NCBI RefSeq assembly: GCF_001194135.2
Contig: NC_068983.1
Location: forward strand, 39,149,754 to 39,187,924
Source: Octopus bimaculoides
Lineage: Eukaryota
Reading direction: 5' to 3'
DNA: 38,171 nt
Position numbers and translations under genes: made by a program. Shown piece by piece: positions 23,489 to 34,260 of the stretch. How positions within the stretch are numbered: position 1 is the first letter of the stretch; every line of letters starts with the position of its first letter. The notes under the pieces are model-generated. The model worked only from the letters and a program-made list of their open reading frames with translations. It was not told the DNA's origin and searched no databases.

Positions 23489-23547
23489 GTGATTGTCACA
23501 TGCTGATGACGGGGTACTGCCCAGAAACCTGGGTCCGTGTGTATCAC
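23489..23547 (+). ncRNA. Minimal type I hammerhead ribozyme, copy B
   Basis: Reads GTGAT-TGT-CACATG-CTGATGA(23503-23509)-CGGGGTACTGCCCA-GAAA(23524-23527)-C-CTGG-GTC-CGTGTG-T-ATCAC. Core is intact. Stem I has one U.G pair and the GUGAU:AUCAC extension is perfect. Stem II is GGG:CCC with a C.A mismatch at its first position. Predicted cleavage is after C23535. Confidence 0.78.
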
Positions 23548-23795
23548 GTAAGGCTAGAAATGGAAATGATGATTTCCCTTCGCAAATACTAATCGGACAC
23601 AGACAGTGTGTCATTAGCCAGCTGAGGAGATGTCCTCCTGGGGCTATAGCCAACAGTAGCATCATCGTCTATGGGTCCGCCACATTCAGGTGGCAAATAT
23701 ACTTGTTTTACAAATGTATGAGTGATAAATACTAAGGAATATCTTAATGCATTTGTTATATGTATAATGCATATCATTAGTTCGAGCTCCCTCCA

Positions 23796-23843
<48 letters not shown>

Positions 23844-25007
23844 TTAGACGCCTTCTTTCTCTTTTTTCAATGAATTCAACATCCTCATTGATAAAAGGAA
23901 TTTAGAATTTAGGTTGAGTGAGAAACACAATGCGACCCAATACTCACAATTCTAATCTGATGATTAGCACAATGATACTTCTAGCTACAAGAATATTATC
24001 TGTAAGATTTCCTTTCCTTCAAGTTGAGAAAGAAAGAGACAGAGAGAGAGAGAGAGAGAGAAACAGAGACAGAAGGAGGTGGTGGTGGAGTTGTATTCAT
24101 AATTTAGGCATTGTTTATTCTCCATGAAGGTCACTAAAATAACCCATTCTTCATGACTAAGAAAACTTTACAAATGCAAAAAGAGAGGAAGAATGATTCT
24201 TTGTTTATTGGTTGGTCTTAGGTCATAGACTTACTAAACTGAATGCTATGAGAAGGGTGGGAGTGGGTTGGGTTTGGTGGGGAGTTTCAGTAAATGTTTT
24301 GGTGTGGTTTAGTTATAGTAAGCAGAATGCTGGGATACAAGAAACTTAAGTGCTGATTTGAATGCTGGGATACGATGATAAAATAAATAGCAGTTCTAGT
24401 AAGCAAGTGGAACTATAATGACAATATATTAACTATTCATCTATTTACTGTAAAGAGCACTTAATAAATTTATTTTTAATTTATATATATATATATTAGC
24501 TATTAGTGACAGATACATACATACATACATACATACACAAATACATACATATCTACATGCATACATTCATACAAACACACATATTTATGTATGTGTGTGT
24601 GTGTATGTATGTATGAATATATGTATACATATGTGTAGAGTTAGCTCTTCAGTCTTTCTGATTGTGAAGCAATTACTGTTTGCATGGTTAAATTTCTTAT
24701 CCTCTGATAACATTGTCCCGATTCATATCAAGACATTCTTGGAATTATTATATTCTTGTTGAATAGAACTGCTCTTTTATAGAATTAAATATCATCATTT
24801 ACTTAGCGGAAGACAAACATTTTCTCTTTTAAAATGTTCCATAAGCTTAAAAAAACATCCTATTGACATTATTTATACAATTCTGTTCTGTCTCTGTCTC
24901 TTTTCCTTCTTTCTCTTTTTATGCACATATATGTGTGTGTGTATACAGACACATATATATGTATATATATATTTATATGTCTATGTATATATGCATATGT
25001 ATATATA

Positions 25008-25040
<33 letters not shown>

Positions 25041-25545
25041 GTATATATGTGTGTGCGTATATGTGTACACACACACATATATATGGTAAAAATGCGTAAT
25101 AGAAATGTTAAATGTGATAAATATCCATTTGGCAAGAAATTTCAACTTCTTTAAAATTGGCTCATTAGAGTTTACGTCTCTAAATTTCTTACTTATTTAT
25201 GCACATATAGCAGCTTTTTTGTTCTTCACATTAAATTAATTCCATTTTTCTGTTCAACATTTATGCACAGTTGTAATTATATATGGATCAATAAGTGAAT
25301 TGTCTGTCGAGAGATTAGTTTTACACAAATATTATCTTTCTCTGTTGACCGACATCAAAAAGTAAAAATTCAAACATTGTCTTTTAAGTTTAAAACAATC
25401 ACTTGAGGAGTCATTTAAGGGGAAATAATTGTCCCATAAAAAACATCAACTGACACACTTTGATGGCTTTTGATGCTCTCTCTCTCGCTCTCTCCCACTC
25501 CTTTTCTGTTTCACACACATGCGTATATACACATACACATATGTT

Positions 25546-26175
25546 TGTGTGGTAAGAAGTTTGCTTCCTAACCTCACGGTTCCAGGTTCAGTCCCACTGT
25601 GTGGCACCTTGGGCATGTATCTTCTACTATAGCTCTGGGCTGACCAAGGACTTGTGAGTTGATTTGGTAGATAAAAACTGAAAGAAGCTGTTGAAAGATA
25701 CACACACACACATATATATGTATACTGCAGCTTTTGTGCAAAAGTGTCTTAAGTCCAAAATAATGCTTTTTCAGGAAATGAAAAAATAGTTTCACCATTC
25801 CATAGCAAAACCGTTGTACTACACTTTGACAATTTTCATATCTTGGTATCTGAAGCAGCTAGATATCTCTATAGTTGACCAAAAGAACTGGCTATTGCAA
25901 ACAAAAATAAATATTGAAAAAAAACAAAAAAAAAAAACGTATTTGGACATATGACAGTTTAGCATAATAACAACGGGGTGTGTGTGTGTCTTTTTGTATG
26001 TATTTGTGCCCCACCACCACTTGCATATGTGTTTATGTTCTGTAACCTGGTGGTTCAGCAAAAATGACCAATAGAAAAAGTACAAAAAAAATAAGTCCTT
26101 GGGTTGATTCATTAAAAAAAAAATTCTTCAAGGTGCCCCAGCATGGCCACAGTCTAATGACTGAAACAAATAAAT
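25546..26175 (+). mobile_element. Family A SINE, split (head 25546-25690, tail ~25975-26175)
   Basis: Head and tail are homologous to 22176-22606 and separated by ~280 bp of unrelated sequence. Confidence 0.65.
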
Positions 26176-26347
26176 GGTAAAACATACATGTGTATATGGT
26201 TAGATTAACATGAGTATCCTAGCTTAAGTATAGGTACACTGCATCCTTGCATACGGAAGAGCTTCCTTGCTATATGAAGAGAATCCAACAATAAAATTCT
26301 GTCATACAAAAACTGTCCAACTCATACCAGCATGGAAAAGCAGATCT

Positions 26348-27270
26348 TTGAGGTACATTCTAAAAATATCTGACTTTTGGGCACAAAAAAGCCAATTTTG
26401 TACAGTTTACAAATTTTATTTAATCACCTTCAGAATTCTTCCCTTGGGAGTTAACACAGTTCTCCCAGCAGTTCTGACACTGCTGGTAACACCTCTTGAA
26501 TGCCTTCTTTGAAATGCTATGGAGCTCCGCTGTTGCTTTTCTCGTAATTGCCTCTTGCAGCTGCAATCACTTCCGTTTCAGCACTGTTTTCAGTTTGAGG
26601 AAAAGCCAGGATTCACACAGTGCCAAGTCAGGAGAGTAGGGAGTCAGTCAAACAAGTGGTGTGTTGTTCTTGTCTGGGAAAGCTTGGATTATGTGGGCAG
26701 AATGAGTAGGTGCATTGTCGTGGTGAAGTTGCTAATTCTTTGCTGCCTACATGTCCAACTGCTTTCAATGCACAGTATCATGAAGGCTATATACAACCTC
26801 TAGAAAGTATTCCTTATTGGTTGTTTGGCCTTGCGGTGCATATTCATGATGCACAATACCACATGTGTCAAAGAAACATGCCAACATTACCTTTACATTG
26901 CTGTGAACCTGTTGTGCTTTTTTTTGATCTTGGTGATAATAGATGCTTCATTTAGGAGAACCAGGACTTGCTTTTTGGATCTTAACCATAAACCCATGTC
27001 TCATCACCATTGATGATTTTCTTCATGAAGTCTGGGTTGTGGTTTGCATGTCCTGAGCGATTCCAATTTGGAACTGTATCTGCTGCTCTGCCATCACCTT
27101 GGAGATGAATTTTGCTGACACTTTCCACATGCACAGGTCTTCTGTTAAAATGGAATGCACTGATCTTGTGCTTATTCCCACTTCGTATGTAATTTCCTGG
27201 ATTGTTTCATTATGGTCTTCCATGATGATTCACTGAACCTTTTCCACCAGCTCCTCATTTCAGCTTGTGG
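26348..27270 (-). mobile_element. Mariner (DD34D) transposon, 5'-truncated and decayed
   Basis: One TIR-like end, GAGGTACATTCTAAAAATATCTGACTTTT (~26350-26378), followed by transposase coding remnants. The other end is not found. Confidence 0.9.
26420..27265 (-). pseudogene. Mariner/SETMAR-like transposase pseudogene
   Basis: Minus-strand translation gives EITYEVGISTRSVHSILTEDL..KVSAKF (HTH), KIINGDETWVYG, HHDNAPTH, YSPDLAL and a terminal EGD-stop. It carries frameshifts and several stops. Confidence 0.92.
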
Positions 27271-27449
27271 TACTGATGACAATGTCATTTCCTTGTAATA
27301 CACGACTGTAGAGAATCCTCTCTTCTCTAGTGTGTGGTTGTTCGCAAGGTAACCTGTTTAAGAAAGATGAACATTTCTTGAAAATGATAAAGATGTTATT
27401 TGATGGAGATTTTTCTGCTATCTCTTGCAGTTCCAATTATTATGTTGAA

Positions 27450-27653
27450 CAGTGGTTCTCAACCTTTTTAAATATCTGGGCCAGATCCAAAACCTGGATG
27501 TTTTTGGTGGGGCTGCACCAAAAAAAAAAAAAATGGAAACTGGTCAATTAAAGAAAAAAATTATTATATTTATAGAGGGAAGTCAGTTAGGAGCTGCCAG
27601 AAGGATGCTTGAGGGCCACAATCAGGCCTTGCATCTGCGGTTGAGAACCACTG
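27450..27653. mobile_element. hAT-Charlie-like (MER5-type) MITE
   Basis: Perfect 15-bp TIRs CAGTGGTTCTCAACC / GGTTGAGAACCACTG. Degenerate 8-bp flanks ATGTTGAA / GTGTAGAG. Confidence 0.85.
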
Positions 27654-28365
27654 GTGTAGAGGCTTCTTTGTGGGTTTGTGGTAGATGTCCTCTAGTCATG
27701 GTTGCAGCAGGATGGTCTGGGCAACAATACCGGTACCACCACCATTTACAACAATAACAATAACTCCCAATGAAAGGAGTCTCTATATGGTGTAACTTAC
27801 TTAACCTGCTAAAAATAGCAGTCATATCTCCCTCAAATAATGCACCTTATCGAGTTACAAAAAAGAAATGACAAATTTGATGTATTATGTCTGAAAACAG
27901 TAAGACAGGATGCTATTTTTGTAAGCTTCTGTAACATCATTGATTTTTTTTTTTTTTTTTTTTAAGTCTTTATGATGTCATGGTGATTTTGAAATGTTTT
28001 AACCTTCATAGGTTTCAATAATAATTTATTACCAGTCGTATCTATGGAAATTTCTTGGTTATTTTAAAGACTATAACATTCTTGAAAGTTTATACAAAAC
28101 CATGGAATGCATAATTTCGTTTGAAATTATATTTTTTCTGAAGTGTTTTATATGTGAAATGGTGTAAAATCTGCAAAGTTTGCACTACTGAGTTGCAGTC
28201 TTAGACAAGAACATCTTTGAAAATGATATTCTCTGTTACCTTTTCTACTTTATCTTTACATCAAGAAATATGGTCTAGAGAAAATACTGGTTCTCTTTCC
28301 TTCACCTTTCCATTATTTGCTGTTATTAAAATTACTGAAAATGTGTTGAAAGAATCTTGTTTTAA

Positions 28366-28995
28366 TCCTTTAGTGTTTGAACTGGCCAATATTCTCAAAC
28401 TAGCCAGATCAGGCTTCTCACACCTAACCTGTAATAATATTCTAAAAAAAAAAAAAAAGCAATCACATCAACAAGATCTGAAGCCTACAAGATAATGCAT
28501 GATTAATTCAAGACGATCATGATCATCATCGTTTAATGTCCATCTTCTAAGCAGGCATGGGTTGGACGGTTTGACAGTTGCTGGCAAGACAGAGGACTAC
28601 GCTGAGCTCCACTGTCTGGTTTAGCATGGTTTCTACAGTTTCTACTTTTCATGGTTTCTAAAGGCAGTGAGCTGGCAGAATCATTAGCACACTGGGCGAA
28701 ATGCTTAGCGGTATTTTGTCTGTCGTTACGTTCTGAGTTCAAATTCCGCTGAGGTCGACTTTGCCTTTCATCCTTTCAGGGTCAATAAATTAAGTACCAG
28801 TTACGCACTGGGATTGACATAGTCAACTTAATTCCTTTGTCTGTCCTTGTTTGTACCCTCTATGTTTAACCCCTGGTGAGCAATAAAGAAACGTTAGTAT
28901 GGTTTCTACAGTTGGATGCCTTTCCTAATGCCAATCACATTACAGAGTGAATAGATAAGCATTACATTTGACCGAGTAATCTGATTACCTAAAGG
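28366..28995. mobile_element. piggyBac-like TTAA MITE, family 1, with two nested SINEs
   Basis: TTAA|TCCTTTAG ... CTAAAGG|TTAA. Body homologous to 31917-32073 and 32268-32310. Contains a SINE (~28515-28950) that is itself interrupted by another SINE (~28661-28890). Confidence 0.75.
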
Positions 28996-29589
28996 TTAAA
29001 CAACCTTAAATCTGAAACAAAACTAACAACATAATTACTGAATAGAATGTTGAAGTATGGCTGCATTAGAAAAGTTTAAACAAACCCTAATATGCTGTGC
29101 TATGTCCTTTTTTTAAAATTTCATATAATGGTAAAAGGGTATACAACAGGATATAAACCTAAAGTCCCATTGAACTAAGTACTGCAGCTTCTCCACTGAG
29201 CTGTCAATTCTAAATATAATAATATTGCTTATATATTTTCATTCATTCATTCATTCATTCTACATTTGTTTTCCATGCTAGCATGGGGGAAACATATATC
29301 GAGGCAGTGTTTTATGGCTGGATATCTTTCCTGTCACTAACCTTTACCACGTTTTTCAAGTAAGGGATCTCATATTTCATATATCTTTCATACGTGTGTT
29401 TACATTAACAAAAGTAACTAACAGAATAAATACCAGACTTCAGCAAATATGTGCTGGGGTCGATTTATTTGACTAAAATTCTCCAAGACACTTCCCCAGC
29501 ATGAAAGGAGTATAGAAAAGAAGTTAATAGATGGTGCCTTCAATTTCATTCCATTATGTATCAGGCTTACAAATAATCCTTTCTGCTAA

Positions 29590-29990
29590 TCCTTTCTACT
29601 TCAGGCAAGGCCTGGAATTTTGGGGGAGAGGGCAAATCGATTACATTGACCCCAGTGCATAACTGGTACTTATTTTATTGACCCTCAAAAAGATGAAAGG
29701 CGAAGTTGACCTCGGCAGAATTTGAACTCAGAACATACTGACAGATGAAATGCCTTTAAGCATTTTGCCTGGCATGCTAACAATTCTTTTCTACTCTAGG
29801 CACAAGGCCTGAAATTTTGGGGGCAGGGGCCAGTTGATTAAATTGACTCCAGTACGCAACTAGTACTTAATTTATCGACCCTGAAAGGATGAAAGGCAAA
29901 GTTGACCTCGGTGGAATTTGAACTCAGAGTGTTAAGACAGACGAAATACTGCTAAGCATTTTGCCCGGCATGCTAACGTTTCTGCCAGCT
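29590..29990 (-). mobile_element. Tandem pair of family B SINEs
   Basis: Two head-to-tail copies, junction at ~29780. Confidence 0.8.
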
Positions 29991-31836
29991 AAATAATATG
30001 AATGCTTTATGTAAAATAGATTCTTTGAATTCATTCCATCAGTGTTACATACATAAATTGGTTTTAATTAAACATCAAAGGAAAAATCTTCATCTGTGAC
30101 TTTCATCACACACACTCACCATGCATGCAACGCAAATACATAGGCAAACATTTGGTGACTTTTATCATATCCTTAAAATGGCTTCACTGGGAAAATCAGT
30201 CACTGGGAGACTGTTCGGCTGGGAAGAAAAAATCTGCTGGGAAAATCTTCTTCATCATTAATATCATCATTATCATCATTCTTTTATATCTGCTTTTCCA
30301 TGTTAAAAAATGGGTTGGGTAAAATGCAGCTGGGAAATATCATACAACTGTTATATATTATGTAATGCACATGCATGTGTGTTTGTGTGCGTGTAACCAA
30401 GAGAAAAAGACAGAGAGAGAGAGAGAGAATATGGAATAAAAGAAATAATTGTGTCTCTTTTCTCTCTCCAATTTTTNNNNNNNNNNNNNNNNNNNNNNNN
30501 NNNNNNNNNNNNNNNNNNNNNNNNNNNNNNNNNNNNNNNNNNNNNNNNNNNNNNNNNNNNNNNNNNNNNNNNNNNNNNNNNNNNNNNNNNNNNNNNNNNN
30601 NNNNNNNNNNNNNNNNNNNNNNNNNNNNNNNNNNNNNNNNNNNNNNNNNNNNNNNNNNNNNNNNNNNNNNNNNNNNNNNNNNNNNNNNNNNNNNNNNNNN
30701 NNNNNNNNNNNNNNNNNNNNNNNNNNNNNNNNNNNNNNNNNNNNNNNNNNNNNNNNNNNNNNNNNNNNNNNNNNNNNNNNNNNNNNNNNNNNNNNNNNNN
30801 NNNNNNNNNNNNNNNNNNNNNNNNNNNNNNNNNNNNNNNNNNNNNNNNNNNNNNNNNNNNNNNNNNNNNNNNNNNNNNNNNNNNNNNNNNNNNNNNNNNN
30901 NNNNNNNNNNNNNNNNNNNATATATATATATATATATATATATAGTTGAAAAAAGCATTACATCATTATCGTCGTTTTATCATCCACTTTTCCATTATGT
31001 ATATATGTATGCATGTATGTGTGTATGTATGTATTAATGAAAGTAGAAAATTAAATTAATAATGATACTAGCAGTGGCATCCGGACTGTTTTCTTAAAAT
31101 TCACACTGTAAAAGTTGTTAGTATGTTTTCTAAGAAGTTGTTTACTTTGCTCCTTCAAGACTGATTCCACCTCCAAATAAAGAAAGTTCTGTTGACTCAT
31201 ATCTCAACAGAGCTGGAACTCATAGATAAAACCACCAATATGTGAAGATATTAACTAAATATTTCTATGCTTGAAAAGAGATTTTATTTATTTACTTATT
31301 TCTTCGTTTGCTTATTCTAAATTCTTGTTGAGTCCTTCATTTATCTTTTAAGCCTTTTGGCACCAGTGTATATAATTCGGCGTATCTATATATGTTGTAG
31401 TTATCACCTTCAGTACTGTAATTTAAGATGTCAGGGAATAAATGAGATGAAAAAGAGATAGAGACAGAGAGATAGAGCTTGTTGTTAACCTGAAATTTCA
31501 ACTGATTTGGGTTAATATCTTAGGAAGCAACTGCTAACTAACTAATCCTTCCTGGATCGCAGGAATATAGCGTACTATTTGGCGCACAACTGTGGTTTTG
31601 TAGCATTAAGTGAATAAGAATTAACTTTTCCCTAGATAGAATGCTGATCTAATATAGAGAGCATTTTTCTTGTGGGTACCAACTGAAGTTATATTCTGCA
31701 ACACTTATTTATTACTAGATGAAATAGACCAGCAGTGAGTTAAGTTTGTTGGAAATGTCCCAGTCCTGGGAAAAGTGTACAAATTTACAGTCTGTCAGCT
31801 GGTTATCCAATATTATATTAATTCTGCTATTTGCAG

Positions 31837-31866
31837 AAATGGTTCCATATGGTACAGAATTAACCA
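31837..31866 (+). other. Candidate 30-nt symmetric micro-exon of an unidentified host gene
   Basis: TTCTGCTATTTGCAG|AAATGGTTCCATATGGTACAGAATTAACCA|GTAAGT. Open in phase 1 (MVPYGTELT) and phase 2. No homology recognised. Confidence 0.3.
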
Positions 31867-31916
31867 GTAAGTCATGAAGCAAGCAATAACATAAGAAATG
31901 TATTACTTTTTTTTAA

Positions 31917-32310
31917 CCCTTTAACATTTAAACCAGCCATATCCAGTCCAAATATTCTTCCTGTTTTACATTAAAACCAGCCAGATCTGGCCTCTCACAC
32001 CCACTCTACAATGTCATTCTAAAAATAAACAATCGCATCAAAATCTTGAAGCTGCAAGATAATGCATGATTGTGCTAGTTCCACATAAAAAGCACTGGCG
32101 ATGGTGCCACATAAGAAGCACCCAGTACACCCTGTAAAGTGGTTAGTGTTAGGAAGGGCATCCAGCTGTAGAAACCAAACGAAAACAGTCTATGGAACCT
32201 GGTGTGGCCCCTCACCTCGCCAGCTCAGAAAATGGATGTTAACTGATGATGATGTTGAATGCAAAAAAAATAAGCGTTACATTTTGCAGAGTAATCTGAA
32301 TGCTAAAGGG
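31917..32310. mobile_element. piggyBac-like TTAA MITE, family 1, interrupted by a SINE
   Basis: TTAA|CCCTTTAACATT ... AATGCTAAAGGG|TTAA. A SINE fragment is inserted at ~32074-32256. Confidence 0.85.
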
Positions 32311-32479
32311 TTAAGAGAAGTGATGTACTCTTCCCTTGTAAAGGAGAAACTCTAATGCTGTTTTCTATATTCATTTTCATTTTGTACAAAGTATCTACAG
32401 CCAACTATTACTCATGGTGTACCAAACTTTTGTTAATTGTTTTAGATGCCTATACAGGCATGAGTAGTGGTGGACATTC

Positions 32480-32565
32480 TCTCAACCTTCTCATCCTTGA
32501 CCCAGTGGTGTCACACCTATGATGTGACCAGTGGAGGGAAAATGGGGAGAGAGAGAGGGAGAGAG

Positions 32566-32596
<31 letters not shown>

Positions 32597-32725
32597 GTAC
32601 ATCAGCAACTAGCTGTGTAAACTGGAGCAACATGTGTCCTTGGTGTGCTCAAGGACACACTATTCTGCTTCGACTGGGAGTTGAACCCTTGTCTTTACAA
32701 TTGTGCGCCAAACATTCTAGGATGA
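32480..32725 (-). mobile_element. Decayed SINE with a TTGCTCAAGGACAC (CORE/V-like) motif; relative at ~8830-8915
   Basis: TGGAGCAAC...TGCTCAAGGACACA...GGGAGTTGAACCC is the reverse complement of a tRNA-like B box plus a GTGTCCTTGAGCA motif. Confidence 0.5.
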
Positions 32726-33210
32726 GTTTTAACTTAAAAAATTTTAACCAGATAATCTCTGCTTTGGTGAATCGAACCTTAGTCTCTTATATAGCATGAG
32801 AAGAATAGTTATCACAGCTTTTACTTCAAGTAAGTGCGAAATTGCTGATACATTAAATGTTCACATCATTACAGAATGAGTAGATGTTTGTCTCTGAAGG
32901 ATTTCTTCATGAAACCTGACGAGATGAGAGAATACATATATATTAGCTTTAACTAGAACATAATATATGTCTGAAAGAGGATCTGACAATAAAATTAGTG
33001 GTTATAATTCATCCTTCAGTTCTTGTTGTAAGATCTTACATTACTCTGCTGTTTGATCAACCATTTCCCAAGATATTTATTAAAGCTAGAATTGGAGGAA
33101 TGATAATTGAGATCTAGAAATATAGTGTAATTAAGAAATCTAATGACTAACTTACCATTTTTTTCACTGCAGTAAATAACAGACTCTGTTAGTATACATT
33201 AATGCTTTAA

Positions 33211-33405
33211 CCCTTTTGTTAACATATTTCAGTTAATTAATTTTTTTAAATAATGAAGAATTTAGTAAAATAATTATGTCCTAATTAATCTGGTGTTTAG
33301 AACATAAATTAACATGGTGGATGGTTTTAATTAAGATCACTTTTAAAACAGGAAGCTTGTTTCATGCAAGCAGGGGTGGTCTCAGGTGGGTTGGTGTGAA
33401 AAGGG
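33211..33405. mobile_element. piggyBac-like TTAA MITE, family 2
   Basis: TTAA|CCCTTTTG ... GAAAAGGG|TTAA. Shares AATAATGAAGAATTTAGTAAAATAA and TCTCAGGTGGGTTGG with 17556-17775. Confidence 0.8.
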
Positions 33406-33525
33406 TTAATAATATGAAGTAACTAGTTTTAATCATGAAAAACTTTAAATTAAGTTTGAAATAGTCACCACCATAATGCAGCAACGTACTTGTCAAAGGA
33501 ATCAGTTCAGTGCTAAATCATTGAT

Positions 33526-33681
33526 CATTTTCTAGATATTGATTCTCATTATAGTTAATTGAAGCCAGACCTGCTCAGAGACTTCATGAAAGAGGGAGCA
33601 AGATGTCAGCTGGAAAACACACTCATTATATTTTAAGAGAGAAACTATCACCTTTTCTACTCCATGCTTCCCTAGTTATCT
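33526..33681 (-). repeat. ~155-bp dispersed repeat, copy 2
   Basis: Reverse complement of 3403-3558. Confidence 0.9.
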
Positions 33682-33714
33682 CTCTTTGCTTTGTTCCGTT
33701 ATTTTAGTCAGTCT

Positions 33715-34260
33715 TGGGAGATCATTGAGGTTGAGGTTCAGCTTGAAGATTGGCAGGATGATGTCTGTAGGGAAAACATGGGTTGGCAGGAAAGAATTTC
33801 AGAAGTCTGCTGTTTTGGAAGAGGAATCATTATTTAGTATTGTGTATGGCGCGTGAGGCACATTAAAGATGATGATAAGAAGTGAGTTAGACGGAGCTGG
33901 GTGGAGATGATACACATCTTGCTAGTTTAGGCTGTTGTTGTAGTGGTTAAAGAGACAGACAAATAACAATGTGGTGTGTTGCAGACATTTATTTTAAGTA
34001 ATCTACAATTTTGTATATGTAACAAAAGCACTCACCCAGATATCTAAGTTGGAAGTATGGTAATTGTAATATTCTGAGATGCGCTGCAGGTTTTATAGAC
34101 AAAGAGTTATCTCCCTTGTTGGACATTGTTAACAGATCTTGATAGGAACTGAGAGACGATATAAATGGTGGTTTCCTGGAATGTGTGGGGAGGAATCTCT
34201 GCTATGAGACTCCTTATGCTATGGCAGAAGTCAGACACTGATACACAATGTTCATTGTTG
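33715..34260 (-). mobile_element. Decayed LINE fragment, probably the APE endonuclease region
   Basis: Minus frame IIIFNVPH...NDSSSKTADF*NSFLPTHVFPT resembles the APE GDFN...HV.FPTH region of L2/CR1 elements. Heavily decayed. Confidence 0.35.

Larger units (their letters stand above)
22965..23707. mobile_element. Composite hammerhead-ribozyme-bearing insertion (Penelope-like pLTR or retrozyme-like, non-autonomous) with inverted arms
   Basis: Flanked by TTACAAAT at 22957-22964 and 23708-23715. The uninterrupted paralogous site is at 21171-21280. Arm 23025-23310 is the reverse complement of 23420-23704 (roughly 85% identical by eye). 22965-23050 is inverted relative to 23323-23409. A 26-bp direct repeat at 23323-23348 and 23679-23704 gives a 356-bp period. 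Each arm has a hammerhead core. Confidence 0.8.

Noticed and set aside
3868-30958. Long ORFs containing X runs, and YIYIYI/VCVCVC/HHHH/IIII/SSSS ORFs
   Set aside because: Artefacts of N gaps and simple repeats.
32890-32925. CTGAAGGA...GAAACCTGACGAGA, hammerhead-like words
   Set aside because: Core mismatched, no stem II and no UH cleavage triplet.
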